From the NCBI RefSeq assembly GCF_036365525.1, contig NC_090394.1, positions 30,319,612 through 30,383,611 of the forward strand: a stretch of DNA of 64,000 nt, written 5' to 3'. A model generated the notes under the pieces. It was not told the DNA's origin. It searched no databases and worked only from the letters and a program-made list of their open reading frames with translations. This stretch comes from Heterodontus francisci. Taxonomy: Eukaryota. A program made the position numbers and the translations under genes. Shown here piece by piece: positions 48,925 through 62,448 of the stretch (its first letter is position 1; the number at the start of each line of letters is the position of its first letter).

Positions 48925-49120
48925 AGCGGAACCAATATCTCCTCCTCGCAGAATCCCTCCGGAAGCCATATTTTCTTGGACAGTCGATAATTACCGTCCG
49001 TATCGGAAACCCCGCCGATTGGCTGACGTGAGCGTGCGCCACAGACGGCGTATCTGTTGATTGGCTGATTGAGTTGTCAGTCACTATGATGGACAGCTGG
49101 CGGTGGCTGGGCGGGGAAGG
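48925..49120 (+). promoter_or_regulatory. CpG-rich TATA-less promoter of DHRS7B
   Basis: Local CpG enrichment; two identical GATTGGCTGA (reverse CCAAT/NF-Y) at 49017 and 49059; TGACGTGA (CRE-like) at 49024; CCGGAAG (ETS) at 48959; GCCATATTT (YY1-like) at 48965; GGGCGGGG at 49109. Confidence 0.75.
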
Positions 49121-49140
49121 ATGTTATCCCAGCTGAGCAG
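49121..49140 (+). CDS. DHRS7B: DHRS7B coding exon 1 (MLSQLS-R)
   Basis: GAAGGATG start, 20-nt coding segment ending AG|GTGAGT (perfect donor); phase 2 matches the next exon; parallels mammalian MVSPATR. Confidence 0.75.
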
Positions 49141-49387
49141 GTGAGTGAGAGCGTGTGAGGGAGTCTGTGCGGGGCGACTGCACCCCTGCAGCAGTCTGAC
49201 AGCACTGCTGGCATTTGTTCTCGGGATGTGGGGGTGTTTGGAGTTTGCTGCTCATCTCCCAGTATTTGTTCTTTTCATGCTGCAGGTGCCTGTGGTCATT
49301 GGCTATCACCCAAGCCACGGGCAGAATGGCCATTCTTCATGTAGGAGTCTGCATAGTGATTGGGAGTTGGCTTGGGGGTCCCATTCC

Positions 49388-49810
49388 CAACAACAACTTG
49401 CATTTATATAGCACCTTTAACATAGTAAAGTGTGCCAAGATGTTTCACAGGAGCGCTATCAAGCAAAATTTAACACTGAGCTGCAGAAGGAGATATGAGG
49501 ACAGGTGACCAGAAGCTTGGTCAAAGAGGTAGGTTTTAAGGAGCATATTAAAGCAAGTGTGAGAGGTTTAGGGAGTGAATTCCAGAGCTTGGGGCCTTGG
49601 CAGTTGAAGGCCCAGCTGCCATTGGTGGAGTAATGTAAATTGGGGATGCAAAAGTGTCTAAAATTGGAGGAGCACATGATCTTGGAGGGTTGTAGCAATG
49701 GAGGAGGTTACAGAGATAGGAAGGGGTGAGGCCATGAAGGATTTGAAAATAAGATTGAGAATTTTCAAATTAGGGTGTTGCTGCACCAGGTGCGAATGTA
49801 GGTTAGTGAG
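49388..49810 (-). mobile_element. L2-type LINE 3' end (intron 1)
   Basis: WAFNCQGPKLWNSLP; (TTG)n tail. Confidence 0.78.
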
Positions 49811-50099
49811 TATGGTGCTTAGTTGGTTGAAGGCATAGCCGTTGAAATTGTGGTAACATTGGTGTGCTTGAACCCACAACAGATGATAGCTGGATAGTGA
49901 TCTGGAGCAGGAATCATGGCTGATTTTCTCCTCTGGAGAAGTGCACGGACCTGGCTGGAGGGTTTGGGGGATGGAGGTGGCAACCTGGAGGCGGGAAGCG
50001 GTGCCCTGGAGCTACTCCCTTCGTACACCTGGGGGACAAGATCTCAACTATGTTTGTAGTGATCTGAGCCCTGCCAGTCAGTGCATTCAATATTAGAAT

Positions 50100-52230
50100 C
50101 CATTATGTTAACAGGGCATTTGGAAAATCACTGATTAGGCAGAGTCGACACATTTTTATGAAAGGGAAATTGTGTTTGACAAATCTATTAATTTTATTTT
50201 TGAAGGTGTAAGCAGGGTAGATATAGGGAAACCAGTAGATGCAGTATATTTGGATTTTCAGAAGGCATTCAATAAGGTACCACACAAGAGGTAGCTGCAC
50301 ATGATTAGGGTGCAAGAGACTAAGGATTGGTTCATGAACAGAAAATAGACAATAGGACTAAACTGGTCATTTTTGGGATGCCAGGGTATAACTCGTGGAG
50401 TGCCTCAAGGATCAGTGCTCGGGCTACAGATGTTTATGTCGATGACTTTTGGTTTCATGGCATGTTGGTGTCACTGGCAAGGCCAGAATTGATTGCCCGT
50501 CCCTAATTACCCTTGAGAAGGTGGTGGTGAGCTGTAGTCTTGAACAGCTGCAGTTCATCTGGTGCGGGTACACCCATGATGCTGTTCGGAAGAGAGTTCC
50601 AGGATTTTGATCCAGTGACAGTGAAGGAACGGCAATATATTTCTAAGTCAATATGGTGTGTGGCTTGGAGGGGATCTTGCAGATGGTGGTGGTGTTCCCA
50701 TGCAACTACTGCCATTATCCTTCTAGTTGCAAGAGGTCACTGGTTTGAAAGGTGCTGTCGAAGAAGGCGTGGTGAGTTGCTGTAGTACATCTTGTACATG
50801 GTGCACACTGCTGCCACTGTGCGTTGGTGGTGGATGGGGTGCCAATCAAGTTGGCTGCTTTGTGGGCTGGATGGTGTTGAACTTCCTAAGTGTTAGAGCT
50901 GCACTCATCCAGGCAAGTGGAGAGGATTCCATCACACTCCTGACTTGTGCCTTGTAGATGGTGGGCAAGATTTGGGGAGTCAGAAGGTGCTGTAATCTGC
51001 AAGGCTATGGAGTAGGTGCTGGAAGGTGGGATTAGATTGGGTGGCTAGTTTGTTCGGCCGGCACGGACACGGCATGCTGAATGGCCTCCTCCTGTACCGT
51101 AATTTTTCTATGGTTTCCCTCTGGTATCTTTCTGAAATAGGGGAGTGACATGCACAATTTTCCATTCTGAAGGAACGGTTCCTGAATTGGAATATTATAG
51201 TTAGGGCATCAGCAATGTTCCTACCTACTTCCTTTAAAACCATGGAATGGAAGCCATCTGGTCCTGGGGATTTGTCACTCTTTAGTGCCATTAATTTCTC
51301 CATTACTGTCATCTTACTTTGAGGAGTCCCTGATTCAGTAATAAGTCCCTGGGATGTCTGGCATGCTGACCTCTTTTTCTACTGTAAATACTGATGCAAA
51401 TTATTCAGCATGTCCTTATTTTCATTGACATCACTGTTTTCAGTTTTCAAAGGGCCCACATTGCTTCTGACAACTCTCTTTTTCCTAAATGTAATTGTAA
51501 AAGGTTTTTGTGTTGATTTTGATATCTCTTGCAAGTTTCTTTTGATACTCCCTTTTTGTAGCCCTTACTTGCTTGGTCACCCTTTGCTGCTCTTTGTATC
51601 TCTCCTATTCACCAGGATCTGTGCTATCTTTTGCATTTTAGTTTTATGTTGTCTCGTACCTCCTTAGCTGTCTTTTTGGCAAGTAGAACTCTTGCCCTTT
51701 AGAGGTAGAAACTGGTTCTGTATCACATTTAAGTCTTTTTTGAACACCTCCCATGGATTTTACCCATTAACTGGTTTGCCCAGTTTACTGTGGACAGTCT
51801 GTCTCATCCCATTGAAATCGGCCTTACCTAAACTAGAATCTCAGTAGCTGTTTCACATTTCTCCCTTTCAAACACTATGTTGAATTTGATCATATGATCA
51901 CTATTAGATAGATGTTCACGCACTGCTAGGCTGTTAACTAAATCTGATTTATTACTAAATCTAATCTGGCCTGCCTCCTTCACATATTTTTGCAGAAAAC
52001 TATCCCGGACACGCTCAAGAAGTTCACTACCTTTGTGACATATGCTAGTCTGTTTATCCCAATCTATATGAAAATTAAAATCACCCATTAAAGCCACTCT
52101 GCCTCTGTTACATGCTTGTCTAATCTCAGCATTTATACCACTTTACAGTTACTACTGGGGGCTGAGACACAACTCATGTAATTCTACTCAAAGTCCCTAC
52201 TGCCTGCTTACTTCCTGTTACATCCTCTAT
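50100..52230. mobile_element. Cluster of CR1-clade fragments (+ 50100-50448, - 50450-50985, - 51115-52230)
   Basis: RT region (TTGGATTTTCAGAAGGCATTC), KSPGPDGFH..LKE (ORF 50980..51312), APE LMGDFN..IDW..SDH (ORF 51828..52097). Confidence 0.75.
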
Positions 52231-55200
52231 CATTGAAGCTTGCAGTTTCTTCAGTTTTTAAAGCTCTAAGTCTAAGACAAATTCTAATTATTAGACTAAA
52301 TTTCAGTTTGAGAAATATTTAACAGAGAATTCCCAAGTTTATCATTCTGTTACTGCTGCGCTCTATGACCATTCTGTGCAGTAGCAGATACTGTTTACTT
52401 TTCGAGACCTTTATTGAGACCTGGGCTCAACTATCAGCTAGGGTCCCACACCTGGGTTAGAGGGTGAAAACTATCAGGCAGACTCTATTCAGCATTGGAA
52501 TAACAGTTGAAGATCAAGTTGGTTGAAACAAAAACCAAGTGCCTAAAACATTATAATTCAGAAGACTGGTCTTCTGGAGTTGACCACTAAGCTTATTATG
52601 TAAATATTGGCCCTGTTTAACAGGTATGTAGGATCAGTTAAATCTCCATCTTTCTAATTCCGTGGTCACCATGCCGCTTGCTTATTTCTGTTGGACTTCT
52701 TTTAAATTGTGAACTGAGATAACCATCCAGCTGTTTGCCTATTGACATTACTTTCTAGTCACTACTTGTACTGTAACTAGTTTCATTAGACTCCTGAGTG
52801 TTTCAGTTCACTGCTTATTTCAGTCATCTGACAGCAGTGGGGGTGGAGAGTGGTTTGCTGACTCGCAAGCCTGACACGGTGCCATCCTGTTTCATCCCAG
52901 CTGAATTGGGGTCTTGGCTCTTTTTTTTCCCTCCGTGACTCAATCCCTGCTGGTCTGGTAGTTTAGTTGTCACGGTTTTGGACTAACAATCCAGAGGTCT
53001 CACGTTCAGATCCCACCATCTGCTAATTTGTGCACAGGCCCTAGCAAAATGACCATGAAAGCTGCTGCCTTACTGTAAAAACACTGATTCACTAATGTCC
53101 TTGAGGGAAGGGAAGCTGCCTTCCCTACCCAGTCTGGCCTTCACGGATAACTCCTTCCCACGCTATGTGCTTGATTGACTTTTAATCCCTTCAGGACAAC
53201 CAGGAATTGACAATAAATACTGGCCAGTGTCACCCACATCCCAAGAACAAATATTAAAAATAACAATGAAGTGGTTTCAGCTGCTGCAAGTACACAAGTC
53301 CACATGGGGTTTAATTAGCCATGCTCCTTAGTGTAGGTGAAAATGTGCTAAGTTTTAACACCCTTTCAGCTGTAGGGCTTCTAAAGAGTTGTGATACTCG
53401 CAAGCTAAAGTTGCTATAATAGATAGAAGTGATAATTGGATCTTTGATCTGATAAATGGAGCTGTTCAATACTGTCATGTTCCTGAGGTATTCCAACATA
53501 TCAGAAGTTAAGGATTTGGGCTCCCCCTGCTGGCGCAGTTGATAAAGGCAAACTAACGGAGTTGCAGAGCAGATCAGAAGGTTCAAGGTTCAATTCCTGG
53601 TACTAATGTAGGGCAAAATGGAACAGGATTCTTGCTTCCAGTTGCTATCCTGAACTACTGCTGGAATGTGCGTGTAGACATGGGTTTGTCTTTTGTATCT
53701 TCACCTTCCCGTGGCGAATAGTAGTGGAAGCATTTGGAGGCAGATTATCGGTCTGACATTGTACCAGCCGATAGGGTGGTTAGTCCAGTTTGACGGGTGG
53801 TTTTTTGGGCTCCCAAGACCTATATGATGAGGAGGGAGTCACCTGGATCCATTGGACATGAGAATCCTGCCAGATGTCAACCCAGACGTCCGAGCAAGAC
53901 CTCCGGTTTTTATTTGCTGGGAAGCTCTGGAGTATGAACCCTGCACCTGTTGACTCAGAGGTGGGAATATGACCACTAAGCTTAGGGCTCTGTCCTGTGG
54001 GCATGCGTGAGGATGGGCTCTGCCTTATTTGTGATGCCCCCTATAGTCAAATAGTCTGGCTCCTAGGGCAAGTGATTTGGCACAACATGACAACTCCGAG
54101 TCCACTCTTGCATGCGTGCAACTTGCTATCTGATTTTGAGAGTTCTGTATAAAAGTTCCTGAGGGACTGAAAGTGGCTGGTTTTGAGTGATACCAATTCG
54201 TATATTTTTTGTACTTGTGAATGGCAGTCTCTGGTGGATGACTGACACCCAATGGGCCAGAATCCAGCAAAGAACCAATACTTTCAACAGAGGAGGAAAG
54301 GAAAACTAGTGAAGGAACATGTTATTTGACCTATAGTCAGGAGAAGTGTATAGGAGATTCTGAAAGTGCCTCTGAGGAACAAGGTAGTTGTAGAAAGCAA
54401 TTAGAATGATTGAGAAGACTGAGTGATTAGGTCAAGAGGAGCAGTTACGTTCTCATTGGAAAACAGGGTTGAGAGGTGATCTATGGGTCATAATTATAAG
54501 ATGGTCGCTAATACAATAAAGAATTCAGGGGAAAACATTTTTACCCAGTGTGTGGTTAGAATGTGGAACTTGGAGAACTAGAAGCAATTAGTTAAGGCAA
54601 TTAGCATAAATGCATTTAAAGGAAAGCTAGGTAAGGAATAGAAGGATACGCCGATAGGGTGAGATGAAATAAGGTAGGAGAAGGCTCGAGTGTAGCATAA
54701 AGACCAGCATGGAGCTGTTGGACCGAATGGCCTGTTCCAATATTGTTAATTCTTTGTAACTTGAGAATGGAGCTGAAGAAAGCAAGACTTCCTCTTACGT
54801 GCTAAGCTACCACATATTAAAACATGACCGGTCTTGCTGTGTCTGGGTTTATCCTACAGCCAAACAAGTACTTCCTCATGCTCAAGGATTCACGGATGCA
54901 GTCTGCCTCCTCTGTCTGGTCTTCTCTGTTCCCTGTGACCTCTCTTTCAAGCAGGCTTCCCAGTTGTTCAACTTTGATCCTCTTGTTCTGCAGTCCTTTG
55001 ATCCTCACCCACCATCTCTTCTGTTGGCTGTTTATTTAATTTCCTCCCTCCTTGGCTGACTGTGGCCTCTTCCTCCCTGGTCTGAACAGGAAATCCTGAG
55101 GCAAGAAGTAAACAAATCCCATCGCTGTGAAAGATTCCTAGGCCAACCTGTGTTTGTGTTGGGTGTTTTCACATGGATTAACTGGCTTGTTATTCATTCA

Positions 55201-56418
55201 AACTCTACTCCAGTTAACACAAAACTGCCGTGAGGAAGTAGCAAGAGGGGTGAACATGGTGGTGTGGGGGGGGGGTGGGGAGGAAGAATGTTTTATTTCA
55301 CACGTCAAAATTTTCTCCCTCCTGAAGTTGTTGACTTGTGCTAAAGTACAACAACCAAGTATCGCCTCCTCCAGCTCTTCAATTGTGAGCCTAGACCACG
55401 AGTGTCGGGGACTTATTCCATTGTTGGAGGAGGAGACTGTACTGGCCTAACCCTCGTGTCCAAAGGTACATACTACCCAACACAGGTCAGTGGACAGAAT
55501 CATGAAGAGGAGCCTTGGCTAATTTGCCCCTCACCCCAACTCCTTCCCCCTTCCCTCGCTCTCCCTCCCCCTTCCCTTGCTCCCTCACCTCCTTTCCTTC
55601 CCACCTTCCTCCCCCTGACTACAGCTTGACAATAGTAATTTAAAAGTTAACTGGTTTGTGGGTCATAGCACCTACAAAGTAAGTCACAAAGCCCCTGGTG
55701 TTCCTAACGTCATTCAAAGTTCTTGTCCAAGTATTTTAATTACAGTTAACCATTTCTGTTCAGGCCAGCTGAAGCTCTCATATCCATGTTGCGTGTCATT
55801 AACTGCCCTTGAGACAGTCTGTGGACTGCATCTATGTTGAAGATACATTAGTAGGTGACGCTGATTACAAAGGTGGGCTTCTTATTTTCATTTTATTTTT
55901 GTAAACTTGAAGCAAATGTAGCAGCTGTTTTCCCTCCCTCATTCAACAAACAAACTCCCAGCGACTGAAATTAAAACCAAGTTTGGATGAGACCGGTTAT
56001 CGGTGCTGAAAATAGAATTCACAGCTGTTGTCAGGCTGATGTAATTGTGCATGTCCTTTCTGGGCTTGGGCTCTTCACTGGTTTAGAATTAGAGACAGAC
56101 AAACTAATTCTACATGGGCCAAAGAGACTACTGTGTAAAAGTCTGGTGCTGCAATGTCACATCTTTCGGATGAAACGTTAAACTGAGACCCTGTCTTCCC
56201 CTTCAAGTGAACCTTAAAGATTCCATGGGACTAATTAAAGAGCCGGAGAGTTCTTCCCAGTCTGTTAAAGTCACTGCTGATTTTAATAGCCTGGGGCTTC
56301 ATGCCTGACAGAATACCCCCTTGAAGGGAATATTCCCTTTACTCTGGTACCATTGATTTGTAGGTACTGGAAGTGATTTGCTTTTACTTTTGTATGTTTT
56401 TTCCTCTCCAATCCCCAG

Positions 56419-56594
56419 GAAAATGCTGTACAAAGGTACTCTCATGGAAATAACCTCTTCAAACCTCCTGCCATTGCTGCTAGGTAGTGTGGGCCTTATT
56501 ATTTTATACAGACTGCTGCAGAGCATGAAGGAGCAAGCCTACGTTCAGGATGCTGTGGTGGTGATAACAGGAACAAGCTCTGGCCTGGGTAAAG
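56419..56594 (+). CDS. DHRS7B: DHRS7B exon 2 (membrane anchor plus TGxxxGxG)
   Basis: Acceptor TTTTCCTCTCCAATCCCCAG; encodes KMLYKGTLMEITSSNLLPLLLGSVGLIILYRLLQSMKEQAYVQDAVVVITGTSSGLGK; donor G|GTAAGG. Confidence 0.93.
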
Positions 56595-56794
56595 GTAAGG
56601 TAATAACACTGTTAAAACTCTGTTCACTTCCTATTTATACTTCGGTTCCTCCTTCGTTTCCTCCTGCCTTCTAAGTTCTTCCCCAGTTGTATACTGTGTT
56701 GCTTATGATTGTCACCATTGCCTTAAAATGTTGTATACCAGCTTCTAAGCCTCTGAAGCATGGTGCATGACTTAGCAGCTATTGTAAAGTCACG

Positions 56795-57330
56795 GAATCA
56801 TATAGCACTGAAGGAGACTATCATACTTGCACTGGCTCTTTTTAAGAGTTTTCCAATTAGTACAACTGCCCTGCTCTTTCCCCATAGCCCTGCACATTTT
56901 TTCCCTTCAAGCATTTATCCAATTCACTTTTGAAAGTTATTTTGAATCTGTTTCCACCACTCTTTCAGGCAATGCCTTCCAGATCATAACAACTCTTTGA
57001 ATAAAAAAAAAATCATGTCACATCTCTGGTTCTTTTGCCAAGTACCTTAAATCTGTGTCCTCTGGTTACCGACTGTCCTGCTACTGGAAAGTCTACGTAC
57101 TCAATCTTCTTTACTCTATCAAAATCCTTCATCAAAATCTCTATTAAATGTTAACCATTTCTGCTCTGGGGAGAGTAATCCCAGCTTCTTTAGTCTCTCC
57201 ACTGAAGTCTTTCATCCCTAGTACAATGCCTGTAAATCTCCTCTGCAGGTTGTTGAATTTTTTTTGACAACCTTCCTGAAGTATGGTGCTCAGAAGGGGA
57301 CACAATACTCCAGCTGACGCCTAAACAGTG
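56795..57330 (-). mobile_element. CR1 3' fragment, degenerate
   Basis: Typical CR1 3' region (TTCCACCACTCTTTCAGGC..TTCCAGATC..AACAACTC). Confidence 0.7.
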
Positions 57331-57733
57331 TTTGAACGTGATGTGGGTTGGTACACTCATCATGATGAAGTATGTCAGTGCTGAGGATCAGAACCACTTT
57401 TTCCGCTTTTGCTACCCATTTAAGTAATCGGAATCAGGCCCTTGATAGATGGGCCACAGTTCAGATGTAGAATAATGGTCACTCTACTCTGCTCTCAACA
57501 ATGTGGTTCAACCCCCAAACTCAGAGGAGCACTCCTTCCTACCTTGTTGTGAGTTTTTTCCACTGTGCACACCAGCTATCCTTGTGAGCCCTTGGCCTTG
57601 TGTCCTCTTAAGAATTAGCTGGAGGCTGCCCAAAGTCATGGAATGGTTTCTGCACAGAAGGAGGCCATTTGATGTGTTTTGTCTGAGCTGTGCCATGTTG
57701 TTTCACAACGGCCTGGTGGGATTTTGACTCCAG

Positions 57734-58398
57734 TGGCTGGATTTTCATTCCCGGGTCGGGACCCCGATGCGCGGATAATTTCCGGGTCCCGACTCCATGC
57801 TGTATCAGCTTGGCTGATGCAACAATATCATCAAATGTAAATGTTGTAATTGGGCCAGGGCGAGTGTGGCGCACAAATCAGCGGAACCGGGACCGGCATG
57901 GAGGTGGGAAACGGCTCCAGAATGCAATGTCGAAAGGCAGACAGCAGCCATGATAGGGCTTGCCTTTGCCTTGCAGAATGGTGCAGGCAGCAGATCAGAG
58001 GGCCAGCAGCGCTATGGTGCAAACAAGTGGCCAAATGGTGAACAGGAAGGCAGGTGAAGTGCTAGGTTTCAATCACATCTTTTTTCAATTTTTTAATCTC
58101 ATGTCAATAATTATTCACTGTCCAACTGCATTGCTCCTGACAGTGAACCATATACCTGCATTGGACTGTTCGCTACTCCCGCTGTCCTCTTTGAAAATTC
58201 CCTTCTGGCCCTCCCCAGCCTGTTAAATAGGAGGTTAATTGGAGGTGAGCAGGTTCCCGGCTCCCCCACCCCTGCCCTCTCTTTGAAAATTACAGCACAT
58301 TGCAGAGGCGTTGGGATCTAGAGACGCCTTCCAGGAATGCAGTCTTCAGTTCGCACCCACTCGTGTCTCACCTCAAAAGCGCTTTGAAAATCCAGCCC
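57734..58398. mobile_element. GC-rich MITE, PIF/Harbinger-like
   Basis: TIRs GGCTGGATTTTCA / TGAAAATCCAGCC(C). Confidence 0.65.
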
Positions 58399-58400
58399 AG

Positions 58401-58820
58401 GGGATGTGGGTGTCGCTGGCTCGGCCAGCATTTATTGTCCAACCCTAATTACCTTTGAGAAGGTGGTGGTGAGCTGCCTGCTTGAACCGCTGCAGTCCAT
58501 GTGAGGTAGGTAAACCCACAGTGCTGTTCGGAAGGGAGTTCCCGGATTTTGAGACAGCAACAGTGAAGGAATGGCGATTATAGTTCCAAGTCAGGATGGT
58601 GTGTGACTTGGAGGGGAACTTGCATGTGGTGGTGTTCCCATGTATCTGCTGCCTTCTAGGTGGTAGAGGTCGTGGTTTTGGAAGGAGGCTGTCGAAGGAG
58701 CCTTGGTGAGTTGTTGCAGTGCATCTTGTAGATGGTACACACTGCTGCCACTGTGGAGGGAGTGAAGGTTTAAGGTTGTGGATGGGGTGCTGATCAAGTG
58801 GGCTGCTTTGTCCTGGCTAG
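58401..58820 (-). mobile_element. CR1-clade 3' end
   Basis: Same family as 22905, 35675 and 50450. Confidence 0.8.
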
Positions 58821-59059
58821 GCCCCAGTAGTGATCATTAACCATTAATAAGTGATCACTAAGGAGTGAAATTCCAGATTGCAGAAATTGTATGGGAATGT
58901 AAAATAGGTGGAATTAGTTAGGAAGAGTGTCGCTTCTTTTCATTGGAACATCATGCCCGTTTGCAGTGCAGTAACATAATGTGCTGGGGTATGTGGTAAC
59001 ATTGACATGGGCCAGGGTGAAAGTTCGGGGATTGTCCAATGCCAGCCTTCTCTCAGAAG

Positions 59060-59345
59060 CCTTTGGCTTCTTGAGCATCCCCAGTTTTAATCGCTCCACA
59101 ATTGGAGGCCAGGCCTTCAGCTACCTGGGCCCTAAACTCTGGAATTCCCTCCCAAACCTTTCTGCCTCTCTCTCTCTCCTCCTTTTAAAATGCTCCTTAG
59201 ACCCTACCTGTTTAGTCACCAGTCCTAATATCTCCCTATGTGGCTCAGTGTCTAATTTTATTTGCTAATGCCCTGTGAAGCACCTTAGGACGTTTTGCTA
59301 TATTAAAGCTGCTGTATAAATGCAGGTGGTGGTGTTGTTGTTGTT
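59060..59345 (+). mobile_element. L2-type 3' end
   Basis: GGQAFSYLGPKLWNSLP; (TTG)n tail. Confidence 0.75.
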
Positions 59346-59381
59346 GAAGCTGAAATTGATGATGTTTGCTTTCCCTGTCAG

Positions 59382-59497
59382 AGTGCGCCAGAGTCTTTTA
59401 TGCAGCCGGTGCCAGGCTGGTATTGTGCGGACGGAACAGGCAGAAGCTGGAGGAACTCGCAAAGGAGCTAACAGGAATGGTGAATAAAAAGAGAAAG
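59382..59497 (+). CDS. DHRS7B: DHRS7B exon 3
   Basis: Acceptor TTTGCTTTCCCTGTCAG; encodes (E)[38 protein letters not shown]; donor AAG|GTAAGA; phases 1 and 0 fit the neighbours. Confidence 0.93.
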
Positions 59498-60409
59498 GTA
59501 AGAAGTGCTGTGGGATACAAGAAATGGTACATGTTAGTATAGTCCAAAACCAGGAGTCATAAAAGTAAGCTAGCCACTAATAAATCCAATAAGGAATTCA
59601 GGGGAAACCTCATTACCCAGTAAGTGGTAGAATGTAGAACTTAACGTAAGAAATAGGAGCATGTGTAGGTCATTTGGCCCCTTGAGCCTGCTCCACCATT
59701 CAAGAAGATCGTGGCTGATCTGATTGTGGTCTTAATTCCACTTTCCTGCCAACCCCTGCATAACTTGCTGCCATATGGAGTGGTTGAGATGATTAGCACA
59801 GATGCATTTAAGGGGAGGCTTGATAAACACATGAGGGAGAAAGGAATAGAATATATTGATGGGATAGATGAAGTAGGGGTGGGCGGAGGCTCTAGTGAAG
59901 CATAAACAATGGCATGGCTCTGTAAAGCCGAATGGCCTGTTTCTGTGCTGTACCTTCTGCTATGAAATGAGTCAGACCCAAATAGAAAAAAGATCTCTGA
60001 AGCTCCTATAACATCAGGGTTATTGTTGGGTTTGGGACTGCCTTAACCTTTTTTGAGACTGTCAATAAGCTTTAGCGAGTTTTCTAGATTGGCACAGATG
60101 TAACTGATATTAATAAGGGGATATCAGAATAGGCTGAGTTTGGTGATGTCCAATTGCAGAGGGCAGATTACCTGCACATGTAGTTGCAGTGCCTGTGATG
60201 TCAAAGCCAGTGACATCCTAGGCAGCTGCAGTCACCAAACTCAGCCAAAACAAAGAGAGAAGGAGGAGGGGGTTGCGGTTCCTGGGTTCACCCCAGCCGG
60301 AAAACTCAGTGTAAGTGGCAAACTCTGGGAGCAACAGCAAATGCTGGGAACTCTTGGGCAGAGTATGTAAATAGAGGAGAAATAGGGACTAAAGGCCTGC
60401 TTGGGTATG

Positions 60410-60780
60410 CAATTGAAACCCAACCCGGGCCCGAGTCTTTTGATTTTTTTCCCCCGCGCCTGACCCGACCCAACTACCGGAATGAAGTTAATTATATCAA
60501 AGAGGTTATGCTCCACCTTGTCCAAATGTTGTGATCCTCCATTCCGGCAGCAGGCTGTTCCTGCTGAATCGTGCAGATGGAGGCAACCTATTGTGGAGTC
60601 CGGATGCACGTTCCCCGCCTTGATGTCCTGGCTGTTCAAATTTTGAAGCTTACTTCCCTTTCCCACCCTGAACAAAAGGCAGCACTGTGTCGGACCCGGT
60701 CCGGCCCGAATGCCAGACCCGGGAGACCCGACTCGACCCCGAAACATGTCATCGGGTCTGGTCGGGTAGCCATGCTCTAG
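60410..60780. mobile_element. Probable non-autonomous DNA transposon with CCCGA/TCGGG subterminal repeats
   Basis: Clusters of ACCCGACCC and GTCGGGT; right end GGTAGCCATGCTCTAG; left end unclear. Confidence 0.45.
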
Positions 60781-60986
60781 TAGGGACTGCGGTTTGGTTG
60801 GATGCTAGCTAGGTGAAAGATGCAGCCCTAGCCGAGTAGTAAGTTACCATCAGGTATTCTGTGGTAAGGCCATGGAGGGATCTGTGTATAAGAATTTTAA
60901 TATTAATAGGATTGGGGGCTTGGGGTGATGGTAGAGGGAGCCCATGTAGGTCAGTGTGGACAGGTCCGTTGGCTGTCTGAAACTTA

Positions 60987-61631
60987 GGGTAGGATTTTCC
61001 TGCAGGCTTCAGGACCCCGAAGTTGGTATCAATGGGGGTACCAAGCCTGCACTTTCCGGAAGTCAGACCAGTGGAGCTATTTCCTGGCACAGCCTCCTAA
61101 TTAGCTGCCTCTGAGCTCGCTGTCCTTAATAGGATGTTGTTGGCCCAATCACAGGGCCAGCAGCTCTCGAGGCTCTGCAGTCCCACTGGGAGAGGTGGGC
61201 ACTACTGAGACAGGTCAGAGACCTCAATGGCAGGCCCCTCGGATTGGAGGGGATCCCCTCCAGTTGGATTGTTGGGGCCACAGGGGCTGCCTTTCTGACC
61301 TGCGGCCCCCTCTTTGGGGAATGGAGCCTCTGGCTCCGAAGGTCCCCCCTCACCCCCCGGATTGCTGCAGGGAGGCTGCCTGTATAGAGCTGGTGCCCTA
61401 CCCACGTGGTGGGATTCACTCTGCCATTGGCAAAATGCCAGTGAGCTCAGAAAATCGTCCCTAATTTGGGTCTTAACTATTTAATTTGCCTGTCCACCTG
61501 CATGCAGCGGGCAGCCGATCCACTTCCCTAGAAAACTTTGCAGCAGCAGGAATGCTTTGGGGAGCCAATCTGACTTGACTCCCCTGTATTTTCCTGGCAC
61601 CTGCCTCACTCCAGCCAGGAGAATTCAACCC
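60987..61631. mobile_element. GC-rich MITE, PIF/Harbinger-like
   Basis: TIRs GGGTAGGATTTTCCTG / CAGGAGAATTCAACCC; flanks TTA/TTG. Confidence 0.6.
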
Positions 61632-62448
61632 TTGGTGTGGAACAGGTGACAGAATTCTGAACATGTTGAAATTTGTAGGGAATGGGAGGCCTGCAAAGGA
61701 GCTGGAACAGTGAGGCTGTGTGTAAGAGTTTCAGTGGTGGAGGGATGGGGGTTGGGCAATGTAATGGAGATGGAAGTAGACAGTTCTCGGTGACGGGTAG
61801 GAATGGGCTTTAAAGCTCAGCCCTTTGTCAAACAGAAAGCTGAGGTCTGGTTTGGTTTAAAGGAGATGTCAGGGAGGGACATGAGAGTTTGTGTGGGAAA
61901 GAGGCGGAGAGGCTGGCAGGGACTGAACTCAATAGTTTCAGTCTTCCCACTGTTGATTTACTTGTAATTATCTTGTGTTTATGGCCTTCCACACAAATGG
62001 ACATGTATTTTTCTTCTTTCTACCTTATCAAACCCTTTCATAATTTTTAAAAACCTATTAATTCTTTTAAAAAAAGTCAGACGAGCTCTGATGGTGCTTC
62101 TGGTTGCTGCTAACAGTGGAATAAACCGGAAACTGAGCAAAACCCAAATAAGATGAAAAGAAAATAGACTGTTTTTATAGTCCAAGAAGTGATTTCAAGG
62201 CTTTAGCCTAGTCTCAGGCTTCAGGCAAAAGTTAAAAGCTGGCTAGTAATATAGCCAAGTATTATTTACATGCTTCCATTGTTCCTCTTGTATATTACTC
62301 AGCACCTGGTTTGTGGTGAGAGCCCTGTCCCATCGCAGCCCAGTCACAACACATCATGAGTTTTCTCCAGCATTCCCAGTTACATATAATGGATACAACA
62401 ATCAGTGCATGCTTTAATTCTCACTGTGTGTTTGGGTTCTATTCACAG

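Noticed and set aside
54799-55059. Three overlapping short ORFs in DHRS7B intron 1
   Set aside because: No recognisable domain and no convincing splice-site pair; exons 1 and 2 already join in phase.
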